A DNA stretch of 64,000 nt from a bacterium (GTDB lineage: Bacteria; JAJRZV01), in contig JAJRZV010000050.1 of the NCBI GenBank assembly GCA_024275095.1, positions 1,603 through 65,602 of the forward strand, read 5' to 3'. The notes beneath the pieces are model-generated. The model worked only from the letters and a program-made list of their open reading frames with translations, was not told the origin of the DNA and searched no databases. The position numbers were made by a program, and so were the translations under genes. Positions 33,827-42,933 of the stretch are shown in pieces (within the stretch, counting starts at the first letter, position 1; each line of letters opens with the position of its first letter).

Positions 33827-34749
33827 GTTTTCCCGAAAGGGGACTGATAGGCATAAGAGCGTTGCGCAGGGAAGATATCGAGCTGATACTCAGAACAGCT
33901 CGCTCAATGAAAGACATTAGCAAACGGGATGTAAAAAAGGTACCGGCATTGCGTGGAAAAACCGTGGCCAATCTTTTTTTTGAACCTTCAACACGCACGA
34001 GAACTTCCTTTGAACTTGCTGCCAAGCGCCTGAGTGCGGACGTGGTCAACTTTTCACCTTCGGGAAGCAGTATGGCCAAGGGCGAGCTGATGCTCGATAC
34101 GGTGAAGAATATTCTTGCCATGAACGTGGATGCCCTTGTTATACGTGCCAAACCAGAAGGTGCCTGTGAATTCATATCGCAACACGTGGATGTGCCGGTT
34201 ATCAATGCAGGTGATGGAATGCACGAACATCCCACCCAGGCACTTCTCGACGCCCTCACAATGGAGGAGCAGTTCGGCACACTTGATGGCCTCAAGGTGC
34301 TCATTGTAGGAGATATACTTCATAGCCGTGTGGCCCGTTCCAACATTTATCTTCTCAAGAACTTTGACATCGAAATCCGCGTGTGCGGACCGCCCACACT
34401 CATACCCCGAGGAATAGAGAGTATGGGGGTTAAGGTGTTTTATCATCTCCAGGAAGCACTTGAGGGTGTGAATGTTATTATGATGCTTCGAATTCAAATG
34501 GAACGCATGCAGGGAGGACACTTTCCGAGTATTCACGAATATTCAAAATTCTGGGGTCTCACCGCAGAGATTCTTGACCGGCATGCACCTCCAGATGCGG
34601 TGGTCATGCATCCCGGTCCGCTCAATCGGGGCGTGGAAATTACCCCTGACGTGGCGGATGGTGCTCGTTCGGTAATACTCTATCAGGTGGAGAACGGTGT
34701 GGCTGTGCGTATGGCTGTTCTGTACCTTGTTGTGGGCGGAGGGCGATGA
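33823..34749 (+). CDS. pyrB: aspartate carbamoyltransferase catalytic subunit
   Basis: 308 aa, STRTR carbamoyl-phosphate motif (FFEPSTRTRTSFE), HPTQ. Confidence 0.95.
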   Translation: MSFPERGLIGIRALRREDIELILRTARSMKDISKRDVKKVPALRGKTVANLFFEPSTRTRTSFELAAKRLSADVVNFSPSGSSMAKGELMLDTVKNILAMNVDALVIRAKPEGACEFISQHVDVPVINAGDGMHEHPTQALLDALTMEEQFGTLDGLKVLIVGDILHSRVARSNIYLLKNFDIEIRVCGPPTLIPRGIESMGVKVFYHLQEALEGVNVIMMLRIQMERMQGGHFPSIHEYSKFWGLTAEILDRHAPPDAVVMHPGPLNRGVEITPDVADGARSVILYQVENGVAVRMAVLYLVVGGGR

Positions 34750-36041
34750 CGGCGATTGTTCTCAAAAAGGGGCGTGTGATTGACCCCTCTCAGCATCTGG
34801 ACACAGAACGGACGGTCATTATTCGCGATGGACGAATTTCGGGAATATACCCACCAGGTGATGAACCTCCTGTTGAGGAAGATGTGCTCGAGTTCAATGT
34901 GGACGGCCTTGTGGTATGTCCAGGTTTTATTGACCTGCACGTTCATCTGCGCGATCCCGGTGAGGAATGGAAAGAGGATATTGCTTCTGGAACCCTTGCA
35001 GCGGCACGCGGGGGATTTACCACTGTTGTAGCTATGCCCAATACGATACCTCCAAATGATACTCCTCAGGTTACTGCTTACATCGTGAGGAGGGCACGTG
35101 AGGTAGGGCATGTACGGGTTGTTCCTGCAGGCCGCATTGTTCGTGCTGATGGCACAGCTCTATCGCCCTTTGGAGAGATGGTGGAAGCGGGCGCGTGTGC
35201 GTTTACGGACGATGGTTCCTGGACGAGTGACGCACAGCTTATGGAACGGGCGATGGAGTATGCGAAAGCATTTGGGGTTCCACTCCTGTCACACCCCGAA
35301 GAGCCGGCTCTTTCCTGCGGTGGCCAGATCAACGAGGGACAAATGTCACTTCTTCTTGGTCTGAAGGGCATTCCCTCGCAGGCTGAAGAAGTTGCTGTCT
35401 TCCGGGATATTAAATTAGCTGAACTTACGGGTGGTCATCTTCACCTGCAGCATATTTCTACAAAGGGTTCTGTTGAACTCGTGAAGCTCGCCAAAGAAAA
35501 AGGCATGAAAAACATTACATGCGAGGTAACTCCTCACCACTTCAGCCTTACGGAAGAAGCTGTTGAAGGGTTTAATACCAGTGCAAAGGTGAAACCGCCT
35601 TTGCGTACAGAAGATGATCGCCAGGCTCTTCTTCTGGGGCTCAGGGACGGCACTATAGATTGCATTGCCACGGATCATGCGCCCCACTCCGAACTCGAGA
35701 AAAAACGAGAGTTCAACGAAGCAGCTTTTGGTATTTCGGGACTGGAGACAGCATTGCCCCTTTCTTTGAATCTTGTTCGCAATGGTCACATCTCCCTTTC
35801 CCGATTGGTGGAACTTCTCTCTGTCAATCCAGCCCGCATTATCTCTTCCAGGGGAGGCACACTCAAACCAGGTGCACCTGCTGACGTGACGGTTTTCGAT
35901 CCCGACCTCGAATGGGAGGTGACACCGGAAGCTCTTGCCTCAAGAGGTAAAAACACTCCCTTTCTCGGTAAAAAGTTGCGCGGGCGTGTGGTAATCACCA
36001 TTGTAGAAGGCAGGATTGTTCATTCCGTGTTGAAGGTGTGA
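34746..36041 (+). CDS. pyrC: dihydroorotase
   Basis: 431 aa, amidohydrolase motifs (PGFIDLHVHLRDPG, ...DHAPH...). Confidence 0.9.
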   Translation: MTAIVLKKGRVIDPSQHLDTERTVIIRDGRISGIYPPGDEPPVEEDVLEFNVDGLVVCPGFIDLHVHLRDPGEEWKEDIASGTLAAARGGFTTVVAMPNTIPPNDTPQVTAYIVRRAREVGHVRVVPAGRIVRADGTALSPFGEMVEAGACAFTDDGSWTSDAQLMERAMEYAKAFGVPLLSHPEEPALSCGGQINEGQMSLLLGLKGIPSQAEEVAVFRDIKLAELTGGHLHLQHISTKGSVELVKLAKEKGMKNITCEVTPHHFSLTEEAVEGFNTSAKVKPPLRTEDDRQALLLGLRDGTIDCIATDHAPHSELEKKREFNEAAFGISGLETALPLSLNLVRNGHISLSRLVELLSVNPARIISSRGGTLKPGAPADVTVFDPDLEWEVTPEALASRGKNTPFLGKKLRGRVVITIVEGRIVHSVLKV

Positions 36042-36348
36042 TTGAAGGTGTGAGAATAAGAGCGCTTTTCAGTTCCAGGCAGTGTAGAACGTTAACCGCG
36101 AAGCAGCCTTGGTAATTTTGATAATATAACCGAGCGATTATTGGCAGTTGTTTCTCCCGGGGAACCCATGCTTTTTTATGTGATTTCATAATCCCTGTGT
36201 GTGTTTGCAGGAGAAGGCCTGTCTGCATTGCTTGAGTTAGCCTTTTGATTTCAGAAGGCAAGCCGGACCAGAACGGGACTTGAAAGCAGCGGAGCATTAA
36301 AGTATGTTGGGTGAGCGTATTTAACCTGGACGTGATGGAGAGAGGAAA

Positions 36349-37809
36349 ATGAAAGAATTGCTGTTCATGTCAGGCAGAGAGATAGCACGACGTATTCAGA
36401 ACATGGAGATCACATCTGTGGAGGTGACACAGGTTCACATCGAGGCCGTAAAGAAGGTCAACCCCTTACTTAATGCAGTCGTGGCTGACCGTTTTGAAGA
36501 GGCATTGAGGGAAGCCGAAAGAGCCGATGAGCAGGTAAGGTCCGGCGACATGGAGTCTCTTCCCCCCTATCACGGGGTGCCGTGTACGGTTAAGGAATCC
36601 ATTGGTGTGAAGGGTTTACCTCAGACCGGAGGTGTATATTATCGCAAGAAGTATGTTTTGGAAAATGACCCACCTGTTGTTTCACGGTTGCGTTCAGCCG
36701 GAGTTATCGTGATGGGCGTAACAAATGTGCCTGAACTTTGCATGTGGATGGAAACAAGCAATACGTTTTACGGTCGCACACGTAATCCATACAATCCGGA
36801 TCGAATTGTTGGAGGAAGTTCAGGTGGAGAAGGAGCCATTATCGGTGCCGGAGCTTCTCCTTTTGGACTTGGCTCGGATATTGGCGGTTCCATTCGCATG
36901 CCTTCATTTTTCAACGGGATATTTGGACATAAACCTTCAGGTGGACTTGTGCCAAATACCGGACAGTTTCCAAACGCAGAAAATGAAGCTCTTTTTTATC
37001 TAAATATCGGTCCCATGGCTCGTCGAGCCGAAGACCTTATGCCCCTCCTCCGTCTTATTGCCGGCCCGGATGGTCAGGACCCGGTGTGCCGGGAGATACC
37101 TCTTGGAGACCCTGAAACTGTAAACATATCGACACTCCGGGTTATCAGTGTTCCGGATAACGGCCGAACACCTGTAAGCAGGGACCTCCGGGAAGCTCAG
37201 AAAAAGGCAACACAGTACCTGAGCACTCGGGGTGCATCAGTGAAAGAAATGCGCATTGAAGAACTGAAGAGTTCACTCGCCATCTGGAGTTCAATGCTTA
37301 CTGCAGCAGAAGGTACGCCTTTTGGAGTTCTCATGGGGAACGGTAAGAGAATTAACGCGCTGCTCGAGCTTCTCAAGTGGGCTCTGCGTGTATCTGAACA
37401 TACGTTTCCGGCCATTATGCTTAGCATCTTTGAACGTTTTACAGAACTTAACAGAAAAAAAATGGAACGGTTTGTGGAGGAGGGCAGAAATCTCAGAAAG
37501 CAACTTGAAGAGCTCATGGGAGAAAACGGGGTAATACTTTATCCACCTTACTCAAGGCCTGCACCACGTCATCACATGCCTTTACTCACGCCTTTTCACT
37601 GGGTTTACACAGCCATTGTCAACGTCATGGGATTTCCGGCGACTCAGGTGCCTTTGGGACTTAATAGAGACGGCCTTCCGGTGGGGGTTCAGGTAATTGC
37701 TGCTCATGGGAATGACCATCTCGCCATTGCCGTAGCGATGGAGCTCGAGAAGGGCTTTGGAGGATGGGTACCACCGCCCATTTTTCGCGAGAAAATTCTT
37801 CAAGAATAA
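36349..37809 (+). CDS. amidase (amidase-signature family, GatA-like)
   Basis: 486 aa, GGSSGGEGAIIGAGASPFGLGSDIGGSIRMPS amidase signature. Confidence 0.8.
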   Translation: MKELLFMSGREIARRIQNMEITSVEVTQVHIEAVKKVNPLLNAVVADRFEEALREAERADEQVRSGDMESLPPYHGVPCTVKESIGVKGLPQTGGVYYRKKYVLENDPPVVSRLRSAGVIVMGVTNVPELCMWMETSNTFYGRTRNPYNPDRIVGGSSGGEGAIIGAGASPFGLGSDIGGSIRMPSFFNGIFGHKPSGGLVPNTGQFPNAENEALFYLNIGPMARRAEDLMPLLRLIAGPDGQDPVCREIPLGDPETVNISTLRVISVPDNGRTPVSRDLREAQKKATQYLSTRGASVKEMRIEELKSSLAIWSSMLTAAEGTPFGVLMGNGKRINALLELLKWALRVSEHTFPAIMLSIFERFTELNRKKMERFVEEGRNLRKQLEELMGENGVILYPPYSRPAPRHHMPLLTPFHWVYTAIVNVMGFPATQVPLGLNRDGLPVGVQVIAAHGNDHLAIAVAMELEKGFGGWVPPPIFREKILQE

Positions 37810-37816
37810 CAGATGT

Positions 37817-38803
37817 TTATCCTCTCTTGAGTATCACCTGAAGTTTTTCTGCGTACTTTCGACTTTCTTCATCAGCGGTAATAAATTCTATCTGCGCGGG
37901 TGAGCTTACACCGAGTCCCAGTTCCACGGCCCGCTTTATCTGGTCTTGCTGAAAAACGGGGGTATTCATAATGTGGCGGTTACTGCCGAGAAACTTGAGC
38001 ACTGCCAGCCCCGCTGCATCTATGGCAACGCGATCTGTACCCGCGAGTATAATATCACCATGCTTGAGTTCGCCTTTTTCCGGGCCACCGTCCGTGAACA
38101 CGTCCACCCCGTCCATGACAATGATGTGTGGTGTAAAGGCGGTATTAATTTCGGCAATCATCTTTCGCATACTGAAAACAGATGCGTGAAGTTCGGGCAT
38201 GTACGATTTTTTTACCGCACCTACCGCGAGCTTGAGCGACATCGTAAACACGCCACCGAAGCGATGGGTTTTCAGGCACGGTGTCCAGATAAGTGCCTCT
38301 GCTTCGACGACGGGCCTTGCAATTTTGAACCCGTTAATCCAGTGACCTGAAGGGGGGTTAATTTTTATCCAGTCGTTCTCTTCTAAATTATCGAAATTAA
38401 TGATTTTTGCATTGTACCTTTGGGCAAGGGGGTATATTCTCTTTTTTTTCAACACGCTTTCGGTGGTAATGAGTCCAGCGAACCCGCTTCTTTCACCGAT
38501 GGCCAGTGACCGTGCTCCCATATCCCTGGCCACTTCCATTAATGCCTCGAGCACACGATCGTGAGTGGACGCTGGTGGTGGGTCAGCGCTGTTGAAATTG
38601 GGCTTAATAAGGACATTTTTTGATTTAAGCGGATTAATTCCGAGGAGTTCTACAGCCTTTTTGACGCCGTGTTTTCTGTCCCGCGTTTTTACCAGGGCTA
38701 TCCGGGATACCCTGATTCTTTCCTGTTTTACAGCTGAGGCGAAGACCTCTTTTGCCCACAGGATGGCTCCTGCTGAGGTGGTAAGGAATTCGCGTCGATT
38801 CAT
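37817..38803 (-). CDS. Tat-signal DUF362-like protein
   Basis: 328 aa, MNRREFLTTSAGAILWA twin-arginine signal; rest resembles DUF362 as recalled. Confidence 0.55.
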   Translation of the reverse strand: MNRREFLTTSAGAILWAKEVFASAVKQERIRVSRIALVKTRDRKHGVKKAVELLGINPLKSKNVLIKPNFNSADPPPASTHDRVLEALMEVARDMGARSLAIGERSGFAGLITTESVLKKKRIYPLAQRYNAKIINFDNLEENDWIKINPPSGHWINGFKIARPVVEAEALIWTPCLKTHRFGGVFTMSLKLAVGAVKKSYMPELHASVFSMRKMIAEINTAFTPHIIVMDGVDVFTDGGPEKGELKHGDIILAGTDRVAIDAAGLAVLKFLGSNRHIMNTPVFQQDQIKRAVELGLGVSSPAQIEFITADEESRKYAEKLQVILKRG

Positions 38804-39088
38804 GAAAATAATTATACCTTTTCTGTACGAGAGAGGGAGCCAGAAAATCCAGGGAATATGAAAGATTGAAAATGTACTGCCAGGTAGAAATTTAATTGAA
38901 GCTGGATCAGAAAAAAATCAAAAAATTGATTCCTGTCATATGTTTGCATTTTATGTACTTCAATTTCATTTCCGTGACTACCAGGGGTATTTATATATAA
39001 TTATTAAATTGCGGTTTTTTAAAAAAATTGAATTGAGAGGTTTTTTGTGATAAAAAAGTAAGAATTCAACTCAAGGAGGTATCCTTTC

Positions 39089-39388
39089 ATGAGTGAGAAA
39101 AAACTCAATTGCTGGGAATTCATGAAGTGTGGACGTGAGCCAGGAGGTTCTAAGGTTCACGAGCTGGGTGTTTGTCCTGCAGCTACTGCTGAGAAGGCGG
39201 ACGGTCTCAACGGAGGTAAAAACGGTGGACGTATTTGCTGGGCCATAGCAGGCACTATTTGCGGCGGGAAAATTACAGGTACATTTGCACAAAAGAAAGA
39301 GACCTGCCTCAAGTGCGAGTTTTACAAGCGTGTGCGCAAGGAAGAGGGTATTTATTTTCAGGTGCTCATGCCTGGTCAGACAGCATAA
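39089..39388 (+). CDS. small cysteine-rich protein with duplicated CW...CG motif (two-CW-like)
   Basis: 99 aa, strong SD AAGGAGG; MSEKKLNCWEFMKCGREPGG...GVCPAA...GGRICWAIAGTICGGK...CLKCEFYKRV; 7 Cys; isolated between AT-rich intergenic DNA and a convergent gene. Confidence 0.6.
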   Translation: MSEKKLNCWEFMKCGREPGGSKVHELGVCPAATAEKADGLNGGKNGGRICWAIAGTICGGKITGTFAQKKETCLKCEFYKRVRKEEGIYFQVLMPGQTA

Positions 39389-39390
39389 AC

Positions 39391-40752
39391 CTACAGGCCG
39401 ATTTCCTGTTTGAGTTTGTTGAGTGACTGTTTTATGGCTTCTTCCGGATAGGCATAATCTTCCAGTTTTCCGGCAAGGTAGCTTTCATAGGCTGCCATGT
39501 CGAAGTGGCCATGACCTGAAAGATTGAAGAGAATTACCCGCTCTTTGCCTTCCTCTTTTGCTTTAAGTGCTTCATCTATTGCGGCTTTTACTGCATGGGC
39601 GGTTTCAGGTGCAGGTATAATCCCTTCTGTCCGTGCAAATGTAACGGCTGCTTCGAATACCTCGCGCTGGTGATATGCTGTTGCTTCAATGATGCCGTCA
39701 CTGTACAGCCGGCAGAGCAGTGGCGCGTCTCCGTGATAGCGGAGACCTCCCGCGTGAATGGCAGGAGGAACAAAATCATGCCCCAGGGTGTACATCTTGA
39801 GCAAAGGAGTAAGTTTGCCCGTGTCTCCGAAGTCGTATGTGTATTCTCCTTTGGTGAGAGTTGGACACGCTGCAGGTTCTACCGCGAGCAATCTCACATC
39901 GCGTCCGTTAATTTTGTCTCTGGCAAATGGAAATGCAATACCCGCAAAATTGCTTCCACCTCCGACACACCCGATAACCACATCGGGGTAGTCACCTGTT
40001 ATCTCCAGCTGTTTTTTTACCTCCAGGCCGATGATGGTCTGGTGAAGCAGTACATGGTTGAGCACGCTGCCCAGGGAATACTTTGTGTCATCGTGGGTGG
40101 CAGCATCCTCGATGGCTTCTGAGATGGCGATGCCGAGACTTCCGGGGGAGTCTGGATTCTGCTGGAGAATTTGGCGTCCTGCGTTGGTTTTATCTGATGG
40201 TGATGGAATTACGCTGGCACCCCATGTTTCCATGAGCACTCGACGGTAAGGTTTCTGACCGTAACTGACTTTCACCATGTAAACTGTGATCTCTAAACCA
40301 ATGAGCGCCCCTGCCATGGCAAGGGCACTTCCCCACTGTCCGGCTCCGGTTTCAGTGGTCAGGCGCCTCACACCTTCTTTTTTGTTGTAATAGGCCTGTG
40401 CAACGGCTGTGTTGGGTTTGTGACTTCCGGCTGGGGAGACGCTTTCATTTTTGTAATATATGCGCGCAGGAGTGCCGAGGTGCTTCTCCAGGTTCAGGGC
40501 CCGGTGCAGAGGGGTTGGTCTCCACAGGGCGTAGATGTCAAGGATTTCTTCAGGTATGGGAATTTCGCGCTGGGTGGAGACTTCCTGCTCGATGAGTCCC
40601 ATGGGGAAGATAGGAGCAAGGTCGTCTGGCCCGGCCGGCTGTTTTGTTTGGGGGTTGAGAGGTGGCTCAGGTGGTGTGGGCATGTCCGGGATGATGTTGT
40701 ACCAGAATCGTGGAATCTCGCTCTCTTTAAGTAAAATTTTTCTCTGGGACAT
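39391..40752 (-). CDS. TrpB2-type tryptophan synthase beta-chain-like PLP enzyme
   Basis: 453 aa; long TrpB2-type N-terminus (…[40 protein letters not shown]…) and GGGSN PLP-binding loop. Confidence 0.9.
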   Translation of the reverse strand: MSQRKILLKESEIPRFWYNIIPDMPTPPEPPLNPQTKQPAGPDDLAPIFPMGLIEQEVSTQREIPIPEEILDIYALWRPTPLHRALNLEKHLGTPARIYYKNESVSPAGSHKPNTAVAQAYYNKKEGVRRLTTETGAGQWGSALAMAGALIGLEITVYMVKVSYGQKPYRRVLMETWGASVIPSPSDKTNAGRQILQQNPDSPGSLGIAISEAIEDAATHDDTKYSLGSVLNHVLLHQTIIGLEVKKQLEITGDYPDVVIGCVGGGSNFAGIAFPFARDKINGRDVRLLAVEPAACPTLTKGEYTYDFGDTGKLTPLLKMYTLGHDFVPPAIHAGGLRYHGDAPLLCRLYSDGIIEATAYHQREVFEAAVTFARTEGIIPAPETAHAVKAAIDEALKAKEEGKERVILFNLSGHGHFDMAAYESYLAGKLEDYAYPEEAIKQSLNKLKQEIGL

Positions 40753-40861
40753 TTTTGTACCTCCCGCGGAAAAGTGCCGTAATAATAGCAGATGAAGAGC
40801 CTACTGTGAAAGGGTTTGAAGTATTTTTTCTATTAGGTTGAAGAAAATTCCCGGGGTATTC

Positions 40862-40890
40862 TTGACAAAATTCCTAAGAAATTGTTAAAA
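40862..40890 (+). promoter_or_regulatory. candidate sigma70-type promoter for the moeB/dsrEFH/tusA operon (weak -10)
   Basis: TTGACA (40862-40867), 17-nt spacer, TTAAAA (40885-40890), 11 nt before ATG 40902; in the divergent intergenic region between trpB2 and moeB. Confidence 0.2.
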
Positions 40891-40901
40891 AGGCCCTCAC
40901 C

Positions 40902-41711
40902 ATGAAACTCGATTTTACAGAAGAACAGATCAAGCGATACGCACGGCACATTATCCTTCCGGAAGTGGGAGGAGTGGGCCAGAAGAAACTTCTTTCTTCG
41001 AGGGTACTGGTAGTGGGTGCGGGAGGACTTGGTTCACCCGCGGCATATTATCTTGCGGCAGCTGGGGTGGGAACCATAGGTATTGTGGATTTCGATACCG
41101 TGGAGCTGTCCAATCTTCAACGGCAGATCCTCCATTCCACGTCCCGCCTGGGGATGAGTAAGGTTGAATCTGCAAAGAAGACCATAGAAGATTTGAATCC
41201 TGACGTGAAGGTGATAATTCATCAGGAAATGCTCACCAGCGAGAACATCTTTGATGTTATTGATGCATACGATATTGTTGTTGATGGAACGGATAATTTC
41301 CCGGTGAGGTATCTTCTTAACGACGCATGTTATTTTCGGAAGAAACCCCTTGTTCACGGAAGCGTATTTCGTTTTGAAGGCCAGGCGACGGTTTTTAAGC
41401 CGGATGATGGACCGTGTTACCGCTGCCTTTATCCTGAACCTCCTCCCCCCGGGATGGTGCCATCATGTCAGGAGGCGGGAGTACTGGGTGTGCTCCCCGG
41501 TGTGATCGGAGTGATTCAGGCAACCGAGACAATTAAGCTCGTCCTTTCCACCGGTAGACCTCTCATCGGTCGGCTGCTGATTTACAATGCACTTGATATG
41601 GAGTTCAGGGAACTGCAGTTAAGGAGACATTCTCAGTGTCCATTGTGTGGCGAGAATCCCACCATTACAGAGCTTATTGATTATGAAGAATTCTGCCAGG
41701 TCCGGATTTAA
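40902..41711 (+). CDS. ThiF/MoeB-family E1-like adenylyltransferase with C-terminal CxxC...CxxC
   Basis: 269 aa, nucleotide-binding VLVVGAGGLGSPAAYYLAAAGVG, two CxxC pairs (CYRC...CPLC); no rhodanese domain. Confidence 0.85.
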   Translation: MKLDFTEEQIKRYARHIILPEVGGVGQKKLLSSRVLVVGAGGLGSPAAYYLAAAGVGTIGIVDFDTVELSNLQRQILHSTSRLGMSKVESAKKTIEDLNPDVKVIIHQEMLTSENIFDVIDAYDIVVDGTDNFPVRYLLNDACYFRKKPLVHGSVFRFEGQATVFKPDDGPCYRCLYPEPPPPGMVPSCQEAGVLGVLPGVIGVIQATETIKLVLSTGRPLIGRLLIYNALDMEFRELQLRRHSQCPLCGENPTITELIDYEEFCQVRI

Positions 41712-41713
41712 AC

Positions 41714-42025
41714 ATGAGACGACTCGGCATTCTTCTCACGCGTTCACCGGAACAGGGAGAGTTTTCACTTGCACTGAGACTCGCGCGCACAGCCCTGAAA
41801 AAAGGTGTTGATGTTCAGCTTTTTCTCATGGGAGAAGGTGTATACGGGCTTTTGCATTCTGAAATTCAAAAGCTTGCAGCCGAGGGCGTGCGCATTATGG
41901 TGTGTCGTTACAGTGCAGAAAGAAAAGGAATACCCCGGGATTTTTACGGGAATGTGGACTCTGGCAGTCAGTATGACCTTTCCCATATGGTAGCACAATG
42001 TGATCGTTTTATTCCTCTCACGTGA
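41714..42025 (+). CDS. DsrE/TusD-like sulfur relay protein
   Basis: 103 aa; ...GVRIMVCRYSAERKGI... and C-terminal ...QCDRFIPLT align with TusD active-Cys and C-terminal motifs. Confidence 0.7.
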   Translation: MRRLGILLTRSPEQGEFSLALRLARTALKKGVDVQLFLMGEGVYGLLHSEIQKLAAEGVRIMVCRYSAERKGIPRDFYGNVDSGSQYDLSHMVAQCDRFIPLT

Positions 42026-42345
42026 GGTTTTACATGGCAAAAAACGTTGTAGTGGTAATACGTGATCATCCATTGTCTGGAGACTCCTTCAGCGAGGGAC
42101 TTCGCATGAGTGTTGGTATGACCATTGCGGGTAATCGTGTAACAGTAATATTGCCGGAAGGTTCTGATACTGATCCACGACCCGAAAAGGTGGGCCTCGG
42201 AGAGATAGACATGCACTTTGAAGGTCTCAGTGAGTTAAAAGTGACGGTATTGACCCGGGGAATATGCTCTGAAAGAGCGCGCATGATTGACCACATTGAA
42301 TTTAGAAATATTTTGGACACCAGCGATGTCATCATATTCTGGTGA
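42022..42345 (+). CDS. DsrF/TusC-like sulfur relay protein
   Basis: 107 aa, DsrE/F-family fold; 4-nt overlap with the previous gene. Confidence 0.65.
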   Translation: MRFYMAKNVVVVIRDHPLSGDSFSEGLRMSVGMTIAGNRVTVILPEGSDTDPRPEKVGLGEIDMHFEGLSELKVTVLTRGICSERARMIDHIEFRNILDTSDVIIFW

Positions 42346-42607
42346 ACACAACAGAACCCTCTTTATTGTGAAAAGGGTATTCGGCCATAAGGGTGAATTT
42401 GTTAAGCAACTTATGCGTTCAGGAGATATAGTTGTTCTCTCAATGGAAGGTGTTTCAGAGTTGCAAGGGAAGTGGCCTGAAGGTGTGACTCTAAGGGTTG
42501 TAAAAGAGGATGCTGAGGCTGCAGGGATTGAATGCAGTGATATGATTGTAAAAATGGAAGAGCTGGTGGAATTGATTTTCAGCTGTCGTAAAGTTGTTAT
42601 CTGGTAA
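42326..42607 (+). CDS. DsrH/TusB-like sulfur relay protein
   Basis: ORF 42287-42607 trimmed to internal ATG 42326 (MSSYSGEHNRTLFIVKRVF...), ~93 aa, third member of the DsrEFH triplet. Confidence 0.55.
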   Translation: MSSYSGEHNRTLFIVKRVFGHKGEFVKQLMRSGDIVVLSMEGVSELQGKWPEGVTLRVVKEDAEAAGIECSDMIVKMEELVELIFSCRKVVIW

Positions 42608-42617
42608 GGAGGTGGAT

Positions 42618-42863
42618 ATGAGAAAGAAGGTGAAAGTGGATGATGAGATAGACATACGTGGAGAAGTATGTCCGTACACCTTTGTGAAGGCAAAAGTGGC
42701 TTTGGAGCAGCTTCCATCAGGAGCTGTCTTGAAGGTTATACTGGACCATCCACCAGCACGTGAAAACGTACCGCGTAGCATGAAAAGTGAGGGCCATGAA
42801 ATTATTGAAATAGAAAATATCAATGATACAGATTTTTATATTCTTATTCGCAAAAAGAAGTGA
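42618..42863 (+). CDS. tusA: TusA-like sulfurtransferase
   Basis: Internal ATG 42618 after GGAGG; MRKKVKVDDEIDIRGEVCPYTFVKAKVALEQL carries the TusA CPxP-type motif. Confidence 0.75.
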   Translation: MRKKVKVDDEIDIRGEVCPYTFVKAKVALEQLPSGAVLKVILDHPPARENVPRSMKSEGHEIIEIENINDTDFYILIRKKK

Positions 42864-42933
42864 GATGTTGCAGAATTTTTATTACAGGAAAAGTAGCATC
42901 TGGCACACCCCATAAGAGAAAATAGTTAAAATA

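Noticed and set aside
42901-42920. TGGCAC hexamer upstream of fmt that looks like a sigma-54 -24 element
   Set aside because: No GC/TTGC -12 element lies at the required 10-11 nt spacing (the sequence is TGGCACACCCCATAAG), so it does not fit the sigma-54 consensus.
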